A stretch of 64,000 nt of DNA from Halobacteriales archaeon SW_5_70_135 (GCA_003022865.1 PXSK01000009.1:16274-80273); one strand, 5' to 3'. Counted from the stretch's first letter, positions 28,205 through 38,371 are shown. Numbers and translations: made by a program. Notes: generated by a model from the sequence alone, not told the origin.

Positions 28205-28354
28205 ATGAGCACGGAGTCGTACGGCTACAAGTGCTCGCGGTGCAAGCGCGACGTCGAACTCGACGAGTACGGCGGCGTCCGCTGTCCCTACTGCGGACAC
28301 CGCGTCCTCCTGAAGGAGCGCGGCCGCGACATCACGGAGATCGACGTCGAGTGA
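28205..28354 (+). CDS. rpoP: DNA-directed RNA polymerase subunit P (Rpo12)
   Basis: [40 protein letters not shown]... is a 49-aa zinc ribbon. The ATG at 28205 lies inside track ORF 27524..28354. Confidence 0.88.
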   Translation: MSTESYGYKCSRCKRDVELDEYGGVRCPYCGHRVLLKERGRDITEIDVE

Positions 28355-28378
28355 CCGCTCGGTCCGTCACCACCGACC

Positions 28379-28702
28379 ATGAGCGACCAGTCGGCAGACT
28401 ACGACCACACGGCGACCTTTTCGCTGACCTGTGATCCCGACCGCGCACGGCGACTGCGGGCCGCACTCGCCGAGGAGATCGGAGAGATCGACGACGACCG
28501 CTCGCGCGCCCGGCTGGTCGACGGTACCGGCGACGGTATCGACATCGAGATTGAGACTGAGACCGAGACCGACGGTGACGTGACCGTGACCGTCGAGACG
28601 CGTGACCTGTCGGCCGTGCGGGCCGCGACGGACACCTGGCTGGGACTGCTCGAAGCCGCCGACCGGACCGTCGCGGTCGCCGCCCGGGGGCGAGAGCCGT
28701 GA
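28379..28702 (+). CDS. pcc1: KEOPS complex subunit Pcc1-like protein
   Basis: 107-aa ORF following rpl37ae-rpoP, the conserved archaeal gene order. ATFSLTCD...ARRLRAAL...ETRDLSAVRAATDTWLGLL fits the Pcc1 fold pattern. Confidence 0.65.
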   Translation: MSDQSADYDHTATFSLTCDPDRARRLRAALAEEIGEIDDDRSRARLVDGTGDGIDIEIETETETDGDVTVTVETRDLSAVRAATDTWLGLLEAADRTVAVAARGREP

Positions 28703-29328
28703 GCGGCGTCCAGGCGACCGCGGCGACGATGGTGCGACGCACCCGACGGCTGCTGCGGCCGCCGCTGACCGGCGACGGCCTGCTACTTGTCGGCTTCGTC
28801 GAGGGGCTGGTCGGCTGGCCGCTGTCGTGGGTCGTCGTCACCCAGGGGGTCGCGCCGTTCGGGCTGCTGACGACCGTCGTCGTGCTGTGGGGGGTGCTGA
28901 CGGCGGCGATCGTCGCCGTCGGCTGGTTCGCGACGGCGCCGACCGTGCGCCGCAACGACGTCTGGACGGTGTGGGGGGTACTCGTCCTCGTCGCGACCGG
29001 CGCGAACGTACTCGGGGTCGTACACGTCAGCGGCGTCGCCGAGGCGCTGCCGGAGGCGCTCCTGCAGTACGCCTTCTTCCACCCGTGGCTGGCGGCCCTC
29101 GGCGGCGGCTACCTCGTCACCGCCCTGCTGAGTCGCGAGGACCGACGCCTCCGTCGAGCGGAACGGGTCGGCTACGGGCTGGCCGGCGTCGCCAGCCTAC
29201 TCGTGCTCGTGTTCGCCTTTTCGAGCAGGGCGAACTCGGCGCTCACCACTCAGTACGTCTTCCACGTCGGCGCCGTCCTCCACCTGACGCCGATCGGCTT
29301 CGACCTGGCGTACGACACGCTGCGGTGA
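28699..29328 (+). CDS. Integral membrane protein (about 6 TM), unknown function
   Basis: 209-aa hydrophobic ORF. Its start overlaps the pcc1 stop by 4 nt. Confidence 0.6.
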   Translation: MSGVQATAATMVRRTRRLLRPPLTGDGLLLVGFVEGLVGWPLSWVVVTQGVAPFGLLTTVVVLWGVLTAAIVAVGWFATAPTVRRNDVWTVWGVLVLVATGANVLGVVHVSGVAEALPEALLQYAFFHPWLAALGGGYLVTALLSREDRRLRRAERVGYGLAGVASLLVLVFAFSSRANSALTTQYVFHVGAVLHLTPIGFDLAYDTLR

Positions 29329-29334
29329 CCGGCC

Positions 29335-30144
29335 TCAGTCGGCGTGGTCGTCGGCCGGCCCGTCGCCCCCCTCTCGCATCGCACGCTCGGCCGCCGCCAG
29401 CGCCGCCGCGGGGTCGAATTCCTCGACAATGGCCTCGACCTCCGCCGACGGGCGGTCCGCCAGCGACTCGGCGTGGGCCGTGAGGTTCCTCAGCGCCCGC
29501 GAGAGTTCGTCGACGACCGGCACGTCGGCGACCCGCGCCGAACGGGAGAGCGGGTTGAGGTCTATCACCACCTCCGACTTGCCGGCGGCGTCGAGCGCGG
29601 CGGCGCGGTCGCCGTCCTCCAGCGGCACGAGCACCACGTCGGCGGTCGCGATGCCGTCGGCGTCGACCCGTGCGCGGTCGTGGTCCAGGCCGGGAACGCG
29701 GGCGTCGGCGTCGACGCCGAGCACCTCCTCGGCACCGTGATCGCGCAGGCGGTCTGCGACGGCCCGCACCCGCTCCTCGCTGCGGTGAAAGAGGTTCACC
29801 TCGACGGCGGCGTCGACCGCCGCCGCCAGCTCGACGACGGCTCCGGGGGCGAGCGCGGCGACGTTGCCGTTGACCGAGACCACCGGGCGGTCGGCCGCGA
29901 GCAGGCTGGCGGCGCCGGCCCGGGCGGCACGGTCCGCGCTGTCGACGGTGCGCTCGCCGAGCAGGTAGTCGAACGCCTCGCCGCGACCGTGGGCGATCAG
30001 TCCGTGGACGCTCGTGATCCCCGTCTCGACGCCCTCGACGAGACGGTCGCGAGCGACGAGCGAGTCGTGGCGGGGGTGACTCTCGGGGACCGACCCCTCC
30101 GCGGCCGTCGGCGTGGACGGGTCGTCGTCCGGCTCCTCGCTCAT
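29335..30144 (-). CDS. 4-phosphopantoate--beta-alanine ligase (archaeal phosphopantothenate synthetase)
   Basis: HPRHDSLVARDRLVEGVETGITSVHGLIAHGRGEAFDYLLGE...VSVNGNVAAL...VIDLNPLSRS are COG1701/PPS hallmarks. Met at 30144. There is no stop codon between it and the upstream kinase-like region. Confidence 0.82.
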   Translation of the reverse strand: MSEEPDDDPSTPTAAEGSVPESHPRHDSLVARDRLVEGVETGITSVHGLIAHGRGEAFDYLLGERTVDSADRAARAGAASLLAADRPVVSVNGNVAALAPGAVVELAAAVDAAVEVNLFHRSEERVRAVADRLRDHGAEEVLGVDADARVPGLDHDRARVDADGIATADVVLVPLEDGDRAAALDAAGKSEVVIDLNPLSRSARVADVPVVDELSRALRNLTAHAESLADRPSAEVEAIVEEFDPAAALAAAERAMREGGDGPADDHAD

Positions 30145-30963
30145 GGGCTCTCCTGAGATCGGGCGGGAGAAAAGCACGGCGGAGACGGGCCACAGAAGCG
30201 CCGCGCCCGCGGTACTGGTGGTCGTCACGGTGGGGTCGTAGCCGGCGCCGGTCAGTCCGGTGCCGAGCGCGAACACCGTGTCACCGATCATCGCCGTCGA
30301 GGCCTCGCCGCCGACCGCGGCCGCCACCTCACGGCCGCCTTCGACCGCTCCGTCAATGGCCCCGTCTCGCGAGCGAACCGCCGGGAGGCGCGGGCGAAAT
30401 TCAGGAGCGTCGGCTCCTGCACCACTCGCGACCCTTCCGGGTGACGTGCGCCCGGTGCTGGCCGTGTGTGTCGCTCCTATCGTCGTCGCCGCCACCGTCC
30501 TGTCGTCCGGTCCCACGCCGTCTGTCGGCACCGGCGTGTCGTCGTCGACGTTCTCGTCCGTCTCCTCGCCGCTGGTTTCGTCCTCGGGGTCGCCGTCCCC
30601 CGGACTGTCGTCCTCCGTCGACGCGATCACCGCCGCCGTGAAGAGTTCGCCGAAGCCGACGAACTCGACGCGAGCCCGTCGGGCGATACCGTCGGGACGA
30701 CTGTGCTGCGGGCCGCCCGACTCCGGACGGACGGACACGCCGCCACGCAGCTGGGCGATTACGTCGCCGAGACCGGTGCCGGCCTCGACCTCGGCGCCGT
30801 GGGCGACGGTCGCCAGTTCGTTCTCGGAGAGCCCCCGGCCGAAGGTCGCGTCGGCGGCGAGTGCGGTGCCGAGTGCCACCCCGTCGGAGGCGCCGAACCC
30901 CGCTTCCAGCGGCAGGTCCGTCTCGGTGCGGACGACGGCGTCGACGTCGAGCGTGCGCAGCAC
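30145..30963 (-). CDS. Pantoate kinase-like (GHMP family) region; the N-terminus is unresolved and it is in frame with the downstream PPS
   Basis: It has the GHMP motif II-like TDLPLEAGFGASDG and HGAEVEAGTGLGDVIAQLRGGV. The first in-frame start is a GTG at 30963. The frame stays open up to 31131 with no start codon, and the expected N-terminal AFVPGH.TGFF-type motif is not found. Confidence 0.5.
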
Positions 30964-31131
30964 CCGTTCGGCGGCGGCCGTCCCGACCCGGTCGCCGTTC
31001 AGCTCGACCGTGTCGCTCGTCGCCTCGGGGTTTCGGAGCCGGGCAGTAAAGCCTTCGTCGCCGTCACGCTGCCGTCGGGAGGTCGGCCGACGGTCGTCGC
31101 CGGAGTCGCCGACCGCGGGCGGACGACCGCG

Positions 31132-31587
31132 TCAGTCGACCTCGGCGACCGGCTCGGTCTCGGCGTCGGCCCTGCGCTCGCGCTCGTCGCCCCTCTCCGG
31201 GTCGGGGTCGGACTCGCGCTCGTCGGCGAGCACCCGGTCGAGACGGCGCTCGAACGCCGTCTCGGTCAGGCCGCCGCGGACGTACCGCTCGCGGAGGCGT
31301 CGGACGGCGGGGTCGGACTCCTCGCCGGTCGCTCCCGCGAGCGCGGCGTCCGTGCCGGAGTCGCGTCGCGCCGCCAGCCCGACCGACAGGCGGACGGCGA
31401 CGCCGGTCAGCAGGAAGCCGAGCCACCACAGCTCGGCGCCGGTGGCCAGAGCGACGACCGACAGCCCACCCCCCACGAGCAACAGGAGTCCCGGCACGGG
31501 ACCGTCGAGCCACGAGCCGTTCTGGGTCACGCTCGAACGAAACGTCTCCGGAGACAAATGCGTTCGGCGTCGCTCGCGGGAGCCCAC
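31132..31587 (-). CDS. SHOCT-domain membrane protein
   Basis: It has two TM helices, then LRERYVRGGLTETAFERRLDRVL (SHOCT-like), and an acidic tail. Confidence 0.6.
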   Translation of the reverse strand: MGSRERRRTHLSPETFRSSVTQNGSWLDGPVPGLLLLVGGGLSVVALATGAELWWLGFLLTGVAVRLSVGLAARRDSGTDAALAGATGEESDPAVRRLRERYVRGGLTETAFERRLDRVLADERESDPDPERGDERERRADAETEPVAEVD

Positions 31588-31605
31588 TCGTGCTCCGGAC
31601 GGTGC

Positions 31606-31815
31606 TCGGGGACGCGACCGCTGGCGGTCCCTCGGGAACGACGGAAACGTCGCTCTGCTCCGTTTTCTGGCTCCCGAGAGACGGCACTCTCAGGGACGCG
31701 ACCGCTGTCGATCTCTCGGGAACGACGAAAGCTCGCTGCGCTCGCTTTCTGGCTCCCGAGAGACCGCGGGCTTCGTCAGGGACTCAGCCGCTGGCGGTCC
31801 CTCGGGAACAGGATC
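31606..31815. repeat. Tandem repeat with an 84-86-bp period, 2.4 copies; the last partial copy is the 3' end of aspS
   Basis: Units start at 31606 (tcggggacgcgaccgctggcggtccctcgggaacg...), 31690 (tcagggacgcgaccgctgtcgatctctcgggaacg...) and 31776 (tcagggactcagccgctggcggtccctcgggaaca). Units 1 and 2 each contain an inverted repeat ctcggga...tcccgag. Confidence 0.85.
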
Positions 31816-33080
31816 GCCTCGCGGACGTTGTCGAGGTCGAGCATCGTCATCACGAGCCGCTCGCCGCCCATCCCCCAGCCGGCGTGGGGCGGCATCCCGT
31901 AGCGGAACGTCTCGGTGTAGTAGGCGAACTCCTCGGGCGGCAGTCCTTGCTGCTCGAACCCCTCGACGAGCCGGTCGTAGCGGTGCTCGCGCTGGCCGCC
32001 GCTGACCAGCTCCATCCGCGGGTGGTTCAGGTCGAAGCCCTTCGACAGCGAGGGGTCGTCGTCGTAGTCCTGGATATAGAACGGCTTGATCTCCGAGGGC
32101 CAGTCCGTGACGAAGAAGTGCTCGCCGACCGCCTCGCCGAGGGCCTTCTCGGCCTCCGTCGAGAGGTCGTCACCCCAGACGAGCGGCTCGTCCAGGTCGG
32201 CGACGGCGTTGGCCCGCTCGATCGCCTCGTCGTAGGTGAGCCGGGGGAAGGACCCCGACGGCACCTCCAGGTCGACGCCCAGCGCCTCCAGCTGCGTCTC
32301 GCAGTGCTCCGCGACCGCCTCGTAGGCGTCGAGGACGACCGTCTCGGCGACGGCCATCGCGTCCTCGTGGTCGGCGAAGGTGGCCTCGAAGTCGATCGAG
32401 GTGGCCTCGTTGACGTGACGGGGCGTGTTGTGCTCCTCGGCGCGGAAGATCGGCCCGATCTCGAACACCCGCTCCAGGCCGGAGCCGGCCATCAGCTGCT
32501 TGAACAGCTGTGGCGACTGGTTCATGAAGGCCTCGCGGCCGAAGTAGGTGATCGGGAACAGTTCCGTGCCGCCCTCGGTCCCCGTGGCGACGATCTTCGG
32601 GGTGTTGATCTCCGTGCAGTCCAGCTCGCGGAACGTCTCCCGCACCGCCCGCTGCACCTCGGCGCGGACCTCGAAGACCGCCTTCACCTCCGGCTTGCGC
32701 AGGTCGAGCGTGCGGTTGTCGAGCCGCGTCGAGAGTTCGGCGTCGACCTTCCCGCTCGGGTCGAGGGGGAGTTCGGGGTCGGCGGGGGCGATCACCTCGA
32801 CGGAGTCGGGGACGACCTCGACGCCGGTGGGAGCACGCTCCTCGGCCTCGACCTCGCCCTCGACGACGACGACGCTCTCGCGGGCGACGCTCGTGCTCGT
32901 CTCGACCAGCTCGTCGTCGGTCGCGTCCTTCTCGAACTTCACCTGGATCTTCCCCGTGCGGTCGCGCACGATGAGGAAGGCGATCCCGCCGAGGTCGCGT
33001 ATCTCGTGGGCCCAGCCGGCGACGCGGGCCCGCTGGCCGGGCTCCGCCTCCGCGGCGTGGGTCCGGTCGTCCGTGTACAT
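31776..33080 (-). CDS. aspS: Aspartate--tRNA ligase (archaeal type, probably non-discriminating given gatB nearby)
   Basis: 434-aa ORF with class II motifs [14 protein letters not shown] and GGQREH, and the C-terminal GMGGERLVM...FPRD. Confidence 0.93.
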   Translation of the reverse strand: MYTDDRTHAAEAEPGQRARVAGWAHEIRDLGGIAFLIVRDRTGKIQVKFEKDATDDELVETSTSVARESVVVVEGEVEAEERAPTGVEVVPDSVEVIAPADPELPLDPSGKVDAELSTRLDNRTLDLRKPEVKAVFEVRAEVQRAVRETFRELDCTEINTPKIVATGTEGGTELFPITYFGREAFMNQSPQLFKQLMAGSGLERVFEIGPIFRAEEHNTPRHVNEATSIDFEATFADHEDAMAVAETVVLDAYEAVAEHCETQLEALGVDLEVPSGSFPRLTYDEAIERANAVADLDEPLVWGDDLSTEAEKALGEAVGEHFFVTDWPSEIKPFYIQDYDDDPSLSKGFDLNHPRMELVSGGQREHRYDRLVEGFEQQGLPPEEFAYYTETFRYGMPPHAGWGMGGERLVMTMLDLDNVREAILFPRDRQRLSP

Positions 33081-33149
33081 CGTGCGTTCGCTTCCGGCGA
33101 CGCCCCCATAAACGCCGCCATTCGCCGCGCGGTCCGTCGTCGGTCGGGG

Positions 33150-35783
33150 TCAGGCCTCCGCGCCCGTCCCGTCCTCGCTCGACTCGGCGTCGGGGTCGAC
33201 CCGACCCGACTCGTCGCCGTCCTCGTCGTCGTCGCCGTCCTCGTCCAGCCCCTCGACGGCGGCGATCGCGGCACGGCGCAGGCCGCGGGCGCGGTGTTCC
33301 TCCATGCCGGTCCGGTCCGCGAGGTCGGCGGGGTCGGCGCCGACGAGGTCGGCCACGCTCGTCACGTCGGCCGCCGCCAGCGTCTCGCGTGTCTCGTCGT
33401 CGACGCCCTCGACGGCGGCGAGGTCGAGGTCGCCGCCCTGCTCGGCCTGGCGGGCACGGTACTCCCGGAAGTTACAGACGGGACAGCCCAGCTCCCAGGG
33501 GTCGTCGCTGTCGGCGTCGACCACGACCTCGCGCAGGCCGTGTTCCGCACAGCGGTCGTCTGTCACCGCGAGGTCGCCACGGCGGGGCAGCGGCAGCGAG
33601 TACTCGCAGTCGGGATAGCGGTCACAGCCCACCAGCCGGGAGCCGTTCTGTAGCTGCTTCACCTGGAGGTCGCCGCCGTGGTCGCGGCCACAGTCCGGAC
33701 ACGACCCGACGAGCGGGCCGTCGCCGGCCGCCTCTGCCTGGCAGACCGGACAGCCGTGCGTGTACGTGTTCCGTCCGTCGAGCATCCGCACCTCGTGGAG
33801 GGCGTGTTCCTCGCAGACGTCGTCGGTGATCTCCGGCTCGCCGCGGTCCGGCAGCGGCAGCGTGAACTCGCAGTCGGGATAGCCGTCACAGCCGACGAAC
33901 GCCGACCCGGAGCGCGACCGGCGCACGAGCAGGCGCTCGCCACAGTCCGGACACGGTCCGAGCGAGGCGTCCTCCTTCAGCGACTCCCGCAGCAGGTCGC
34001 CGACCGCCTCGTGGTTCTCGGAGAGGTCGTCGAACACCGTCCGCAGCATCTCGCGGGACTCCTCGGTCACCGCTTCGAGCGTGGCCTCGCCCTCCGCGAT
34101 GGCGGTCATGTCCCGCTCCAGTCGCCGGGTCATCTCCTCGGAGACGATCTGCTCGGCGTATTCCTCGGCGGCGTCGACGACCGCCGTCGCTAGCCGGGTG
34201 GGCCGCGGCGGGTCGCCGTCGACGTAGCCGCGGTCGTACAGCTTGTCGATCACGTGATGCCGAGTCGACTTCGTCCCGATCCCCCGCTCCTTCATCAGCT
34301 CGACGAGCCTGGACTGGCTGTAGCGTTGCGGCGGCTGGGTCTGCTTCGCCGCCAGGCGCACGTCCGCGGTCCCGAGGGCGTCGCCCTCCGTGACGTCGGG
34401 CAGGTGGGCCTCCGAACTCGAAACGTACGGGTAGACGGCGTGGTAGCCGGGCGACAGCAGCCGACGGCCGTTGGCCTTCAGGCGGGCGCCGTCGGCGTCG
34501 GCGACCACCCGCAGGTCGGCCCACTCCGCCGGCTCGGCGACGGTCGCGAGAAAGCGGCGGACGACGAGCTCGTAGACCTCCGCCTCGGCCTCGCTCAGGT
34601 CGTCGAGGTCGGGGAGCTCGTCGGTCGGGTGGATCGGCGGGTGGTCGGTCGACTCCGTGTCGCCGCGGGTCGGTTCGATCTCGCCGTCGCCGTCGCGCTC
34701 GCTCGCCCGCAGCGAGGCGGCGTCGACACCGATCTCGGGCAGCTCCGCCAGCGCCCCGAGCAGCTCGTCCGGGTCGAGGTCGTCCGGGTAGACGGTGTTG
34801 TCGGTGCGGGGGTAGGTGACGTAGCCCGCCGTGTAGAGGTCCTCGGCGGCGCTCATCGCGCGCTCGGCGCCGTAGCCCAGCGAGCCCGCGGCCGAGATGA
34901 AGGCCGTCGTGTCGAAGGGTGCGGGCGGGCGGTCGGTGCGGGTGCGGCGGCGCACCTCCGTCACCCGGGCGGCGTCGGCACCGGCGACCGTGCCGCGAGC
35001 CCGTTCGGCGGCCTTCTCCTCCCAGATCCGCTCCTGCTCGCCGTCGTCCTCGTAGAAGTACTGCGCCTCGAACGCCTCGTCGGCGGCGGAGAGATCGGCG
35101 TACAGCTCCCAGTAGTCCTCGGGGTCGAACCGCTGAATGGCGCGTTCGCGCTCGACGATCAGCCGCAGCGTGGGCGACTGTACCCGGCCGACGGAGACGA
35201 ACTCGTCGCCGAGCCGGCCGGCCGAGAGCGAGAGAAACCGCGTGAGCGCGGCCCCCCACATCAGGTCGACGACCTGGCGGGCCTCGCCGGCCGCCGCGAG
35301 GTCGAAGTCGACCTCGTCGGGCTCGTCGAAGGCCCGACGGACCTCGCGGTCGGTGATCGAAGAGAAGCGCACGCGGTCGACGGGCGCGTCGGTCTCCTCG
35401 CGGACGATCTCGTAGGCCTCCTTTCCGATCAGTTCGCCCTCGCGGTCGTAGTCGGTGGCGATGGTGACCCGGTCGGCGGCACGGGCGAGCGAGCGCAGCT
35501 CGCGGACGATGTCCGCCCGCGTGGGCGTCTTCCGCAGGTCGGCGTCGATCAGTTCGGCTGGCTCGACGGCTCGCCAGTCCTCGTACTCCGGCGGGAAGTC
35601 GACGCCGACGACGTGGCCGGACAGACCGACACAGACGCGGGAGACGTCCCGGGAGTCGGTCCAGCGGTAGACGTTCACCTCCTCGCCGCCGACGGTCGCC
35701 GCCCCGTCGCTGAGGATGTCGGCGATGCGGCGGGCGGCGTTGTCCTTCTCGGTGACGATCAGTTCGACCCGGTCCTCGTCCAT
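33150..35783 (-). CDS. topA: DNA topoisomerase I (type IA) with C-terminal zinc ribbons and an HhH tail
   Basis: It has a Toprim domain (ELIVTEKDNAARRIA, ATDYDREGE), the active-site region SAAEDLYTAGYVTYPRTD, several CPDCG/CPVC zinc fingers, and a C-terminal HhH. The start Met is at 35783 (MDEDRVELIV), inside track ORF 33150..35879. Confidence 0.92.
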   Translation of the reverse strand: MDEDRVELIVTEKDNAARRIADILSDGAATVGGEEVNVYRWTDSRDVSRVCVGLSGHVVGVDFPPEYEDWRAVEPAELIDADLRKTPTRADIVRELRSLARAADRVTIATDYDREGELIGKEAYEIVREETDAPVDRVRFSSITDREVRRAFDEPDEVDFDLAAAGEARQVVDLMWGAALTRFLSLSAGRLGDEFVSVGRVQSPTLRLIVERERAIQRFDPEDYWELYADLSAADEAFEAQYFYEDDGEQERIWEEKAAERARGTVAGADAARVTEVRRRTRTDRPPAPFDTTAFISAAGSLGYGAERAMSAAEDLYTAGYVTYPRTDNTVYPDDLDPDELLGALAELPEIGVDAASLRASERDGDGEIEPTRGDTESTDHPPIHPTDELPDLDDLSEAEAEVYELVVRRFLATVAEPAEWADLRVVADADGARLKANGRRLLSPGYHAVYPYVSSSEAHLPDVTEGDALGTADVRLAAKQTQPPQRYSQSRLVELMKERGIGTKSTRHHVIDKLYDRGYVDGDPPRPTRLATAVVDAAEEYAEQIVSEEMTRRLERDMTAIAEGEATLEAVTEESREMLRTVFDDLSENHEAVGDLLRESLKEDASLGPCPDCGERLLVRRSRSGSAFVGCDGYPDCEFTLPLPDRGEPEITDDVCEEHALHEVRMLDGRNTYTHGCPVCQAEAAGDGPLVGSCPDCGRDHGGDLQVKQLQNGSRLVGCDRYPDCEYSLPLPRRGDLAVTDDRCAEHGLREVVVDADSDDPWELGCPVCNFREYRARQAEQGGDLDLAAVEGVDDETRETLAAADVTSVADLVGADPADLADRTGMEEHRARGLRRAAIAAVEGLDEDGDDDEDGDESGRVDPDAESSEDGTGAEA

Positions 35784-35872
35784 CACGTCCGCGTAGCGGG
35801 ACCCGCCTGCTAAACGTTCCGGAGCCCGAGACGTCCGGAAAGATTTACCAGTGCCCGGGGTAGTGTGAAGAT

Positions 35873-36610
35873 ATGTCACAGCCCTCCTCGTCGAAGTCGA
35901 CCGACGGCGCCGAGGCCAGCCCGACGAGCGAGGGGGAGACGGGTGTCACCGACTCCGAACCGGACCCAGACCCCGAGCCCGAGCTGAACGGCGAGGCGGA
36001 CCCGCGGGAGCCGGCGCCGGGCGACCCCCGAGCGCTGTACCTCGACAGCGAGGACACCGGAGAGCTGATCGCCTCGCTGTCCTCGGAGACCGCGCGGTCG
36101 ATCCTCGTCGCTCTCCACGACCGCCCCGCGACGGCCTCGGAGCTCGCCGAGAGCGTCGACACGACCGTCCAGAACGTCCGTCACCATCTCGACAACCTGC
36201 GCGAGGCCGACCTGGTGCGGACGGCGGAGACCCGGTACTCCTCGAAGGGCCGCGAGATGGACGTGTACGCCCCCGTCGACCGCCCGCTGGTGGTCGTCGT
36301 CGGCAAGGGCGAGGACGACCCCCTGGCGGACGACGGGACCGAGACGGAGACGGGAACGGAGGGGTTCGTCGACGCCCTGAGTCGCTTCGTCGGCGCGGTC
36401 GTGGGACTGGCCGCGGTCAGTCTGGCGGTACAATGGCTGGCCGTCTCGCCGGGCGGCGGCGACCTCGGCGGCGTGGTCCGCTCGCCGGACGCCGTCGGCG
36501 GCGGTCTCGGACCGACCGTCGCCCCGCCGGGGCTGCTCTTTTTCGCCGGCGGCGCTCTGATACTGGCGGTCGTCTCCGGCTGGCGGTACTGGCAGCGCAA
36601 CGAGGCCTGA
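35873..36610 (+). CDS. Winged-helix (ArsR-type) transcriptional regulator fused to a C-terminal membrane anchor
   Basis: ARSILVALHDRPATASELAESVDTTVQNVRHHLDNLREADLV is an ArsR-like HTH. Two C-terminal TM helices follow. Confidence 0.7.
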   Translation: MSQPSSSKSTDGAEASPTSEGETGVTDSEPDPDPEPELNGEADPREPAPGDPRALYLDSEDTGELIASLSSETARSILVALHDRPATASELAESVDTTVQNVRHHLDNLREADLVRTAETRYSSKGREMDVYAPVDRPLVVVVGKGEDDPLADDGTETETGTEGFVDALSRFVGAVVGLAAVSLAVQWLAVSPGGGDLGGVVRSPDAVGGGLGPTVAPPGLLFFAGGALILAVVSGWRYWQRNEA

Positions 36611-36709
36611 CGCCGGCGAGGACGGCCGCCCTCCGACTTCGCCGTCGCAGTCACACGTCGTGATCACGACCTGCAGGGTTTTTGTGACAGAGCCTCGTGG
36701 TACGGTCAC

Positions 36710-38371
36710 ATGGGCCGACGGGCAGGAACGACGCAGCTGGTGGTCGCGTCGCTGCTGCTCGCCGTGTCGGTCGGTGCCGTCGTCGCGCTGTCGACACACT
36801 CACCAGGGGAGTCGCCCGAGGAGCCGGAGCGAGCGACCCTGCAGACGTACGACGACCCCGAGCTCGACCCGCAGGTGGTCGTCACCGCCGACCTGCGGCC
36901 GGGCGCGAGCCTGCCGGCGAACCTGCGCGCCCGGAACGACGTTCACGTTACCGTCAGCGAGGACGAGCGCCGCCTGCAGGCCACGATCCCGCTGTCGGAG
37001 GTGCGGACGCTGTCGGACACCGAGGGAGTCACCGGCGTGCGGATCGACACGAGCGGCGTCACCGCCGACGACGACACGGTGTCGCCGGGCGTGACGGCGA
37101 TCGGCGCCGACCGGCTCCACGAGCGGGGGATCACCGGGGAGAACGTCACCGTCGGCGTCGTCGACGCCGGCTTCCACCTGAGTCACCCGTCGATCGCGGA
37201 CCAGGTGAGCGCCTACCGCGCCGTCGGCGAGCCCGGCGACCCGGCCCACGGGACCGCCGTCGCCGACGTCGTCTCGGACACGGCGCCGGACGCCCGGCTC
37301 CATCTCGTCGCCGTCGGGCCGACGACCACCCCCGGGGAGTACCGCGAGGCGGTCGAGTGGCTGCAGGCCTCCGGCGCCGACGTGGTCGTCGACGCCGGCT
37401 CCTACCTCGGCGCCGACAGTTCGGCGGGGGTCGCCGCCGTCGCCGAGAACGCCGCCGACGAGGTCGCCTTCGTCACCTCCGCGGGCAACTACGCGACGCG
37501 ACACTGGACCGGCGTCCACCGGCCGGACGACGACAGACAGGCGGCCGTCGACCGTAGGGACGGCGACGAGCGGTCGACGCTTTCGGACGGGCTACCCGGC
37601 AGCGTCCCGCAGCACGTCGCCGGGCTGGTCGGCGGCGTGGACGGCGACGCGGGCGTCCTGGAGTGGGTGACCGTCGGCGACGACCGGCGCAACCGCCTCG
37701 GGGACGGACCGACCGCCGGTCGCGTGACGGTCACCCTCTCCTGGGAGGGCGAGGCCGACTACGACCTCTATCTCGTCCGGCGGACCGCCGCCGGCGAGGT
37801 GGTCTGGGACAGCGCGACGACCGGAACCGGCAACCGCGAGCGGCTCTCGGTCGTCGTCCCCCGCGGTCGGTACGCCGTCGCCGTCGGCTACGACGGCGGT
37901 GAGACGCGCGAGAGCCGGCTCGAACTGTTCTCGAACCGCCGGCTGGAGTCGGCGGCGCCGACCGGCAGTCTCGCCGTGCCGGCGACCGCCGAGGGGGTGA
38001 TCGCCGTCGGCGCACTCGACGGCGGCAGTGCGGCGGCGTTCTCCTCGCGTGGTCCGACCGACGACGGTCGCCTCGGCGTCGACGTGGCCGCGCCGGACGA
38101 CAGCGCCGCCGGCGGCGGCACCTCCTTCGCGGCGCCGTACGTCGCCGGCACGATCGCGCTGGTGCAGTCGTCGACCCCCGGGATCGAGCCGCGACGGGCC
38201 GGCGAGGACGTCGTCCGCTCGGCCACCGACGTCGGTACGCCCGGGCCGGACGCCGCGACCGGTCACGGCCGGGTCGACGCCGTCGCCGCCGAGCGCACGC
38301 TCGACACGCTCGGTCTCGTCGACACGCCACACCCAGTTCGGCTCGCCTCGCTCGCGTCCGACGACGACTGA
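36710..38371 (+). CDS. Secreted subtilisin-like serine protease (peptidase S8)
   Basis: It has a signal/TM and the catalytic triad contexts VGVVDAGF (Asp), HGTAVADV (His) and GGTSFAAPYVAG (Ser). Confidence 0.85.
   Translation: MGRRAGTTQLVVASLLLAVSVGAVVALSTHSPGESPEEPERATLQTYDDPELDPQVVVTADLRPGASLPANLRARNDVHVTVSEDERRLQATIPLSEVRTLSDTEGVTGVRIDTSGVTADDDTVSPGVTAIGADRLHERGITGENVTVGVVDAGFHLSHPSIADQVSAYRAVGEPGDPAHGTAVADVVSDTAPDARLHLVAVGPTTTPGEYREAVEWLQASGADVVVDAGSYLGADSSAGVAAVAENAADEVAFVTSAGNYATRHWTGVHRPDDDRQAAVDRRDGDERSTLSDGLPGSVPQHVAGLVGGVDGDAGVLEWVTVGDDRRNRLGDGPTAGRVTVTLSWEGEADYDLYLVRRTAAGEVVWDSATTGTGNRERLSVVVPRGRYAVAVGYDGGETRESRLELFSNRRLESAAPTGSLAVPATAEGVIAVGALDGGSAAAFSSRGPTDDGRLGVDVAAPDDSAAGGGTSFAAPYVAGTIALVQSSTPGIEPRRAGEDVVRSATDVGTPGPDAATGHGRVDAVAAERTLDTLGLVDTPHPVRLASLASDDD

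Noticed and set aside
31606-31815. The tandem repeat near aspS as a mini-CRISPR array.
   Set aside because: There are only 2.4 copies, and the units are contiguous rather than repeat-spacer alternations. One copy is simply the gene's 3' end, and no cas genes or leader are present.
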